DNA of 64,000 nucleotides from a virus (IMGVR_UViG_3300033067_000531), one strand, 5' to 3'. Positions 1 through 5,018 are shown, counted from the first letter of the stretch. Translations and numbers: made by a program. The notes: a model not told the origin generated them from the sequence alone.

Positions 1-88
1 GGAGCGCCCCTGTTTCGTGTTACTAAACAGGAAAATCTACCTAATATTTTTACTTGTATAGGAACAAGATGCTGTTACCAGCAGCAAT

Positions 89-163
89 TGGCGACCTGTA
101 GGGGAATCGAACCCCTATATCATGCTAGACAGGCAAGTGTAATAACCACTATACGAACAGGCC
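89..163 (-). tRNA. tRNA-Asp(GTC)
   Basis: Reverse complement folds as a cloverleaf: acceptor GGCCTGT/ACAGGTC, anticodon loop CT-GTC-TA, T-loop GGTTCGATTCC, ends GCCA. Confidence 0.93.
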
Positions 164-169
164 ATAATT

Positions 170-257
170 TGGTGGAGGTAGATGGATTCGAACCACCGAG
201 ACCCCGAAGGGTGCAGGATTTACAGTCCCGTGCAATCGGCCACTATGCGATACCTCC
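170..257 (-). tRNA. tRNA-Tyr(GTA)
   Basis: GGAGGTA/TACCTCC acceptor, loop CT-GTA-AA, long variable arm, GGTTCGAATCC, ACCA end. Confidence 0.95.
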
Positions 258-270
258 ATAGTATTTTGTT

Positions 271-345
271 TGGTAGGGGCACAGAGAATCGAACTCTGAT
301 TACCTGGTTAAAAGCCAGATACTTTAGCCGTTAAGTTATACCCCC
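271..345 (-). tRNA. tRNA-Lys(TTT)
   Basis: Anticodon arm TCTGG-CTTTTAA-CCAGG, T-loop GTTCGATTC, ACCA end. Confidence 0.94.
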
Positions 346-351
346 ATAAAT

Positions 352-504
352 TACCATTTAATTAGTGTTATCGTGTCAATTTGTCAACAATGTAGCTAGC
401 ACTGACGAGCGAATAACAGTTATCTCAGAATCTTAGTGGTCGCACCCTCCGATTCGTAGTCCATACGTCTATGAACCTACCTTGATAACACTAATTAAAT
501 GGTA
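352..504 (-). ncRNA. Candidate structured ncRNA closed by a 21-bp perfect stem
   Basis: TACCATTTAATTAGTGTTATC (352-372) is the exact reverse complement of 484-504. The ~110-nt interior lies between tRNA-Glu and tRNA-Lys. Confidence 0.6.
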
Positions 505-574
505 CACGATACGAGAATCGAACTCGTCTTTCCGCCTTGAAAGGGCAGCGTCCTAACCGATAGACGAATCGTGC
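500..574 (-). tRNA. tRNA-Glu(TTC)
   Basis: GCACGAT/ATCGTGT acceptor, loop CT-TTC-AA, GTTCGATTC, ACCA end. Confidence 0.95.
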
Positions 575-609
575 ATTTAACTCTACAAATTTTTAATGAA
601 CAAGTAAGT

Positions 610-659
610 ATTGTATCACAACATCACTTACTTGGCAACCAGTGTTGCAGGATTACAAC
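610..659 (-). promoter_or_regulatory. sigma70-type promoter TTGCCA-17-TACAAT with upstream GTTG-N8-CAAC palindrome
   Basis: -10 at 610-615, -35 at 633-638, palindrome at 644-659; points into tRNA-Glu. Confidence 0.7.
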
Positions 660-699
660 GACTGTTTTTTGTTGTCTTGATTTCTCAAAACATGAATGT

Positions 700-750
700 A
701 TTGTAACAGAACTGGAAGACCTGTCAACCAGTCTGTTGTTTTTCTACAAC
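700..750 (-). promoter_or_regulatory. sigma70-type promoter TTGACA-16-TACAAT with upstream GTTG-N8-CAAC palindrome
   Basis: -10 at 700-705, -35 at 722-727, palindrome at 735-750; tandem with the 610-659 promoter. Confidence 0.7.
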
Positions 751-804
751 TGTAAACCATACTTTACAAAAAGACACTTAATGTAAACAATGGTTAACAT
801 TATT

Positions 805-880
805 TGGAGTAGGTGACAGGAATCGAACCTGCATAAAACGGGGTTGCAATCCGTTCCCTAGCCTTTCGGGTCACACCTAC
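805..880 (-). tRNA. tRNA-Cys(GCA)
   Basis: GTAGGTG/CACCTAC acceptor, U73 discriminator, loop TT-GCA-AC, GGTTCGATTCC, CCA end. Confidence 0.93.
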
Positions 881-1113
881 ACTAACTTTTTACGTGAACT
901 ACGGTGAGTTTCATCACGGCGCATAGTCCAGTTGTAAGAATTACCATCAGGTAATGTCTTGTTTTCTACAGCATCAACACCGAAAGCACCAACAATCTCT
1001 GTTGTACCATCGGTGATAGTTACGAACTTGCCGTAACCTTTCGCAAAATTTATTGCATCACTCAATGTTGCACATGCGTTCAACACTGTGTTTTCATATT
1101 TTACTTTCCACAT
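877..1113 (-). CDS. Hypothetical protein within the tRNA cluster (78 aa)
   Basis: ORF track 877-1119; the ATG at 1113 (MWKVKYE...) is the likelier start. It fills the gap between two tRNAs on the coding strand. Confidence 0.7.
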   Translation of the reverse strand: MWKVKYENTVLNACATLSDAINFAKGYGKFVTITDGTTEIVGAFGVDAVENKTLPDGNSYNWTMRRDETHRSSRKKLV

Positions 1114-1126
1114 AATCAACTTTCTT

Positions 1127-1219
1127 TGGTACCTGCACTAGGATTCGAACCTAGAATACTCGCTAATCTGGCGATAAACAGTGTATAAGACTGGCGTTTT
1201 ACCATTAAACTATACAGGC
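1127..1219 (-). tRNA. tRNA with UAU anticodon (nominal Ile) and long variable arm
   Basis: GCCTGTA/TGCAGGT acceptor, D-arm GTTT/AAAC, loop CT-TAT-AC, 23-nt variable region with TCGC/GCGA hairpin, CTAGG-TTCGAAT-CCTAG T-arm, ACCA end. Confidence 0.85.
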
Positions 1220-1225
1220 ATTGTA

Positions 1226-1287
1226 TGGCGGGGAAGAACATTGACTGCTGCTAATATCCCTTGGACAGGATACGATTTTTTTCCCCG
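1226..1287 (-). ncRNA. Minimal tRNA-like element / pseudo-tRNA with CCA end
   Basis: CGGGGAA/TTCCCCG terminal stem followed directly by CCA; internal TATCC-TGTCCAA-GGGATA hairpin; no recognisable D or T arm. Confidence 0.5.
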
Positions 1288-1291
1288 TAAC

Positions 1292-1383
1292 TGGCAGTGA
1301 GTAAGAGATTCGAACTCTTGAGCCCCCTTTCGGCGACCTCTACCTTTCCAAGATAGTGTATTTGACCACTCTACCAACTCACT
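1292..1383 (-). tRNA. tRNA-Ser(GGA)
   Basis: AGTGAGT/ACTCACT acceptor, loop TT-GGA-AA, long variable arm, G73, CCA end. Confidence 0.93.
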
Positions 1384-1390
1384 ATAAATC

Positions 1391-1480
1391 TGGCGGTGCG
1401 ACAGGGACTTGAACCCTGAAGCCGTACTACTACGACCGATGGATTAGCAATCCACTCCAATACCATTATGGGACCGCACC
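1391..1480 (-). tRNA. tRNA-Ser(GCT)
   Basis: GGTGCGG/TCGCACC acceptor, loop TT-GCT-AA, long variable arm, G73, CCA end. Confidence 0.93.
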
Positions 1481-1486
1481 AAATTT

Positions 1487-1575
1487 TGGAGGAGGGATGG
1501 CAGAATCGAACTCCAACCGCTTTCGCAGTCCATCTGTTTTCAAGACAGTGCTGGTCCCAGACCAGATAACCCTCC
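1487..1575 (-). tRNA. tRNA-Ser(TGA), atypical architecture
   Basis: Loop CT-TGA-AA, long variable arm, GTTCGATTC T-loop, CCA end; 5-bp D stem and one extra nucleotide in the T/acceptor 3' strand. Confidence 0.82.
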
Positions 1576-1585
1576 ATTGTTTGTA

Positions 1586-1676
1586 CCATATCAAAACCCA
1601 TTAGCGGAATCGAACCGTTGCGCCTCCTGCAATAGGAAGCGGATGCCCACAGAGGTTCTAATGAGCTTTGATATGG
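1586..1676 (-). ncRNA. tRNA-mimic ncRNA candidate (T-loop plus 19-bp closing stem)
   Basis: CCATATCAAAGCTCATTAG pairs with CTAATGGGTTTTGATATGG (with G-U pairs). The interior has CGG-TTCGATT-CCG and a CTTCC-TATTGCA-GGAGG hairpin. Confidence 0.65.
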
Positions 1677-1749
1677 CAGGGGTTATCAGATTCGAACTGA
1701 TGATGACGATTTCAAAGACCGTTGCCTTAGGCCACTAGGCGAAACCCCA
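1674..1749 (-). tRNA. tRNA-Gln(TTG)
   Basis: TGGGGTT/AACCCCT acceptor, loop CT-TTG-AA, GTTCGAATC, G73, CCA end. Confidence 0.93.
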
Positions 1750-1787
1750 ACAATTAAACTCTACAAATTTTTAAAGAACAAGTGTGT

Positions 1788-1838
1788 ATTGTATCAGAAC
1801 CAAAGATTCTGGCAACTACACTGTTGTTTTGAAACAAC
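1788..1838 (-). promoter_or_regulatory. sigma70-type promoter TTGCCA-16-TACAAT with upstream GTTG-N8-CAAC palindrome
   Basis: -10 at 1788-1793, -35 at 1810-1815, palindrome at 1823-1838. The downstream leader resembles the one at 577-620. Confidence 0.7.
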
Positions 1839-1840
1839 AA

Positions 1841-1874
1841 ACAAAAAACCCTCAGAACTTTCGTTGTGAGGGTC
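1841..1874 (-). terminator. Rho-independent terminator
   Basis: Minus strand ACCCTCA...TGAGGGT hairpin followed by TTTTTTGT. Confidence 0.75.
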
Positions 1875-1907
1875 TTGTATTTGGTGTCTTTTACTAGAAC
1901 TTTGGTG

Positions 1908-2036
1908 TTAGTCTCCGCTTCCACCACCTATACAATACCCATCTCCTTCAATTGACCACGCATTAACGCCACAATCAATACTGAATGTGCGATACTCTGG
2001 CTGCAACGAAAAGGGTTTATGTATTAAATTTGTCAT
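1908..2036 (-). CDS. Small 42-aa ORF, probably leaderless (MTNLIHKPFSLQPEYRTFSIDCGVNAWSIEGDGYCIGGGSGD)
   Basis: Hand-translated open frame from ATG 2036 to TAA 1908, lying between a promoter and a terminator; below the ORF-track cutoff. Confidence 0.6.
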   Translation of the reverse strand: MTNLIHKPFSLQPEYRTFSIDCGVNAWSIEGDGYCIGGGSGD

Positions 2037-2042
2037 AGTGTT

Positions 2043-2071
2043 ATTATATAGGCGTTTTGCTTCCTAGGCAA
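2043..2071 (-). promoter_or_regulatory. sigma70-type promoter TTGCCT-17-TATAAT
   Basis: -35 at 2066-2071, -10 at 2043-2048; the predicted +1 coincides with the ATG at 2036. Confidence 0.65.
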
Positions 2072-2095
2072 GCACTTTTTTAAAATATTTTTTAA

Positions 2096-2599
2096 TTATT
2101 TCCACTTAATTGGTTGTGAAACGATGGGTAGTGATGGATTCCTGAACCCCTGGAAGACTTCCCAGAGACATTCCTCAACCGCAAATTTGGTTAGTAAGCC
2201 ATCTTCACGTCCATGAGCTTCTATTTCCCATGGATGATGCCAATAGTCCAGAAGGTCTGAATTGATACGTTTGCCACGCCAGATGGATAAGTCATCATTC
2301 GTTTCGTGATAGACTAACTGTTTAACATGAACCATCTCATGTGCCAGTGTTTCCAGTATATTATGAGCACCGATACCAGGATGAATCTCGATTAGAAACT
2401 CTCGTGGTTCATTCTTTGTGTTGTAACCTTCAGCACCACAAGAACCATAGTTTGGCATCTTACCGTCAAATGATATGATAGTTGTGATGTTGTTTCTTAT
2501 TCTGGTATTGGGTATGAGTTCTTTTGCGTAGAATAAGGCTGCACGCTCCACGTAAGGTTTGAAATCACCATCCGGACAGTTGCGAATCTTAATCTTCAT
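2096..2599 (-). CDS. Zincin-like metallopeptidase (HEXXH)
   Basis: LAHEMVHVKQ motif and downstream PWEIEAH; CTAAATA late-promoter-like motif at 2617-2623. Confidence 0.75.
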   Translation of the reverse strand: MKIKIRNCPDGDFKPYVERAALFYAKELIPNTRIRNNITTIISFDGKMPNYGSCGAEGYNTKNEPREFLIEIHPGIGAHNILETLAHEMVHVKQLVYHETNDDLSIWRGKRINSDLLDYWHHPWEIEAHGREDGLLTKFAVEECLWEVFQGFRNPSLPIVSQPIKWK

Positions 2600-2619
2600 A
2601 GAACCCCCTTTTAACGTAT

Positions 2620-3051
2620 TTAGATTTTCTCCACAGTTACGCCTGCTTTCTTGAGGAACTCCAGACCGGCTTCGTCACGATAGCTATTACGATAATATAC
2701 AGAATTGATTCCAGACTGGTAGACCAGTTTGGCACAGTCAAGGCACGGTGAGTGAGTAACAAATAGAGTAGCACCCAACCCAGATTCAGTAGACCTAGCG
2801 AGTTTTGCAATAGCATTTGTTTCAGCATGTAATACCTCTGGTTTAGTTTTCAGGTAAAGTTCATCGCCATTATCATCATATTCCATGAATTCGCAGTTGT
2901 TATCCCAACCAGAAGGCATTCCGTTGTAACCGATAGAAACGATGCGGTCTTCTTTCACAATTACCGCACCAACATGTAATCGAACTGCGGAGGACAGTTC
3001 AGCAAAAGTCTCCGCAGTTTTCATAAAAGCATCACGAAATTTTTGTTTCAT
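2620..3051 (-). CDS. cd: dCMP deaminase
   Basis: HAETNA and SPCLDC zinc-deaminase motifs; GYNGMPSG. Confidence 0.93.
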   Translation of the reverse strand: MKQKFRDAFMKTAETFAELSSAVRLHVGAVIVKEDRIVSIGYNGMPSGWDNNCEFMEYDDNGDELYLKTKPEVLHAETNAIAKLARSTESGLGATLFVTHSPCLDCAKLVYQSGINSVYYRNSYRDEAGLEFLKKAGVTVEKI

Positions 3052-3188
3052 TATTCTTCCGGGTAATAGTCGTGTTTACCAACACCACATTCAGGACAAC
3101 CGACTTCTTCTGGCAAAGACTGCCAATCCGATTCTTTCATGCGGTGACCACAAACGATGCACACATAGTCTTTTTCTTGATTTTCCAT
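3051..3188 (-). CDS. Rubredoxin-like protein (45 aa)
   Basis: Hand translation MENQEKDYVCIVCGHRMKESDWQSLPEEVGCPECGVGKHDYYPEE has two CxxC motifs. AGGAGG RBS; TAATG overlap with the dCMP deaminase start. Confidence 0.85.
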   Translation of the reverse strand: MENQEKDYVCIVCGHRMKESDWQSLPEEVGCPECGVGKHDYYPEE

Positions 3189-3668
3189 TTATTGTACCTC
3201 CTGATTCATACGAACAAATCCAGTTTCTTCCAATTTTTGTTTATAAGCATTGGCGTGACGTTCTTCAACCTTCTTCAACGCAGCGAACCTTTTTTCTGCG
3301 AGAGCCAAAACTTTACGGAATTGTTCCGCATGTTCTTTTGATTCTGCTATCTGGTGTGCAGCCTCTCTTTCGGCTTCTTGATTGACTTCAACCTGAGCCT
3401 CATGTTGCATATTTGGATACATCACGGTAAACTCATGCGTTTCACCTTCAATGGCAAGTTCCAAACACTTCTGTGTATCTGGTTTACCAATCAAAAGTTC
3501 AAGATGACCCCAAGCATGTAACAACTCTTGGTCTGCGGTATGTTCAAAGTGTTTTGCCACTTCTTCATAACCCTCTTGACGAGCCAACTTGGCAAAATAA
3601 CGGTACTTGATGTGTGCTTGAGATTCGCCGGCAAATGCGGCCTCAAGATTTTTAATCGTAATAGACAT
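3189..3668 (-). CDS. rbr: Rubrerythrin (ferritin-like di-iron domain, no fused rubredoxin domain)
   Basis: NLEAAFAGESQA..KY..FAK.A..EG, ELLHA, GETHE..MYP and E..HA di-iron ligand pattern. Confidence 0.9.
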   Translation of the reverse strand: MSITIKNLEAAFAGESQAHIKYRYFAKLARQEGYEEVAKHFEHTADQELLHAWGHLELLIGKPDTQKCLELAIEGETHEFTVMYPNMQHEAQVEVNQEAEREAAHQIAESKEHAEQFRKVLALAEKRFAALKKVEERHANAYKQKLEETGFVRMNQEVQ

Positions 3669-3712
3669 AGTTTCCTTTCAAAAAATTCAGTAACACATTG
3701 GTTACTTATCAT

Positions 3713-3778
3713 AGTATATCACTATTTTGAATCAAAGTCTAATTGATTCTCTCTATTATCACGATAGTAGTTATTTAA
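3713..3778 (-). promoter_or_regulatory. Promoter TAGACT-17-TATACT with abutting OxyR-like box
   Basis: -10 at 3713-3718, -35 at 3736-3741, ATTG-N7-CTAT-N7-ATAG-N7-TTAA at 3742-3778. Confidence 0.55.
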
Positions 3779-3829
3779 TTATGAAAAACAACATAATTAT
3801 ATATAATATTATAACACAAGGAGAATCCT

Positions 3830-4216
3830 ATGGCAAATTGTACTATCTGTAATAAACTACTTTCTGGCCGTCAAACAAAATTCTGTGGACGTAAGTGTAG
3901 AAACGGTTATATAAATTCTAAACATAAATCCTACGACCTACAAAAAGACAAAGGAATGAAGAACAAACTTAAACTTTTGGACTTAAAGGGTAAGTATTGT
4001 CAAGTGTGTGGTTATAACAAAAATACGGCGGCATTATGTTTTCATCACACAAGAGACAAATTATTTGGAATTGATATTAGGAAATGTTCCAACACAAGTT
4101 GGAAAAAATTGGTGGAAGAAGCCGACAAATGTATCGTTCTTTGTCAAAATTGTCACATGGAAGAACATTATCCGGATCATATGGTACGACCTGCTGGATT
4201 CGAACCAGCCCCGTAA
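3830..4216 (+). CDS. HNH homing endonuclease (free-standing)
   Basis: CQVCGY...LCFHH...KCIVLCQNCHMEEH HNH/zinc-finger pattern with an N-terminal CxxC..FCGRKC motif. AAGGAG RBS; the only convincing plus-strand gene. Confidence 0.85.
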   Translation: MANCTICNKLLSGRQTKFCGRKCRNGYINSKHKSYDLQKDKGMKNKLKLLDLKGKYCQVCGYNKNTAALCFHHTRDKLFGIDIRKCSNTSWKKLVEEADKCIVLCQNCHMEEHYPDHMVRPAGFEPAP

Positions 4217-4256
4217 GAATTATGAGTTCTCGGCACTACCTCTATGCTAAGGTCGT
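4182..4256 (-). tRNA. tRNA-Ile2(CAT, lysidine type)
   Basis: ACGACCT/AGGTCGT acceptor, loop CT-CAT-AA; the GCTGGTTC..CCAGCAGG T-arm matches the Ile2 type rather than Met. Confidence 0.85.
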
Positions 4257-4266
4257 ATTGTATTAC

Positions 4267-4836
4267 TTATAATCGCACGAATGCTTTGTATATATTATAC
4301 TGTTTTGTGATGGCCATGTCAACCAGTGCAAGGTTGTCAAACATTCGGTCATCATAGTATGCACGGATAGTACCTTTGGTTGCCTGTACTGAGGCTTCTT
4401 TCTCACCATAACCCAAGGTAACAACAGTCATACCATTCTTCTTGGCGATATGCTGCATGACTTGGTTCTCGGATAGACATTGAGTATATAAGGTTGTTGC
4501 ACCTTTCATCATTGCCCATGTAGATGCACGAATGAATAACTCTTGTCCTAAACCTTGTCCACGATGGTCTGGTGAAACGGTAAAACCCATTTCTGCGACA
4601 CCTTTTTCATTCAATGATACGTGTACAGTACCAACAAACTTTTCGTCCTTTTCCACAACAAACCACATGTTTGTATCACCAAACTCTTGTAGTGAATTGG
4701 TCAAATAGTCAATGATGTTTTCGTTGGAAGGATTATAACCAAAACGAAGATAACGGTCGTGGTCAACAATATCAACCAAAAAGTGGTCGAACAGTTTACC
4801 CTCGTCCGATTCATACATGATTTTGCGTGGAATCAT
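4267..4836 (-). CDS. GNAT family N-acetyltransferase
   Basis: AEMGFTVSPDHRGQGLG acetyl-CoA motif A; ENQVMQHIAKKNG motif B. Confidence 0.88.
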   Translation of the reverse strand: MIPRKIMYESDEGKLFDHFLVDIVDHDRYLRFGYNPSNENIIDYLTNSLQEFGDTNMWFVVEKDEKFVGTVHVSLNEKGVAEMGFTVSPDHRGQGLGQELFIRASTWAMMKGATTLYTQCLSENQVMQHIAKKNGMTVVTLGYGEKEASVQATKGTIRAYYDDRMFDNLALVDMAITKQYNIYKAFVRL

Positions 4837-5018
4837 TTACACTTCTCCAAGGAATCTTTACGCATTAGTTTTGGTGTTTCTCGTATACCAATGTTTTTAA
4901 TGACATACAAAAATTCCACACCGTCAACTTCCTTGACTTCTCCAGGTAAGGCGTAGTAAATCTCATCCTTGCGGAAGACATTACGCATTTTAATTGGGTG
5001 TTTGTTTAGTGTTTTCAT
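4833..5018 (-). CDS. Hypothetical early protein (61 aa)
   Basis: ATG at 5018 with GGAG RBS directly after a consensus promoter (the ORF track extends to 5072). Confidence 0.7.
   Translation of the reverse strand: MKTLNKHPIKMRNVFRKDEIYYALPGEVKEVDGVEFLYVIKNIGIRETPKLMRKDSLEKCK

Noticed and set aside
430-470. tRNA-Arg(ACG)-like loop CTACGAA inside the 352-504 element
   Set aside because: Only 2 bp of stem flank the loop and no D/T arms or acceptor can be built; not called as a tRNA.
571-786. Plus-strand 71-aa ORF
   Set aside because: Lies antisense across two tRNA promoters; no RBS or recognisable motif.
1487-1575. Opal suppressor or selenocysteine tRNA / stop-codon recoding
   Set aside because: The anticodon is TGA (reads UCA), not TCA. 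Core genes are full-length in the standard code, so there is no sign of stop reassignment.
1371-1601. Minus-strand 76-aa ORF
   Set aside because: Entirely overlaps tRNA-Ser genes; a by-product of tRNA sequence.
3188-3189. Programmed frameshift fusing rubrerythrin to rubredoxin
   Set aside because: The rubredoxin ORF has its own ATG and strong AGGAGG RBS right after the TAA, and no slippery site is evident; separate translation is simpler.
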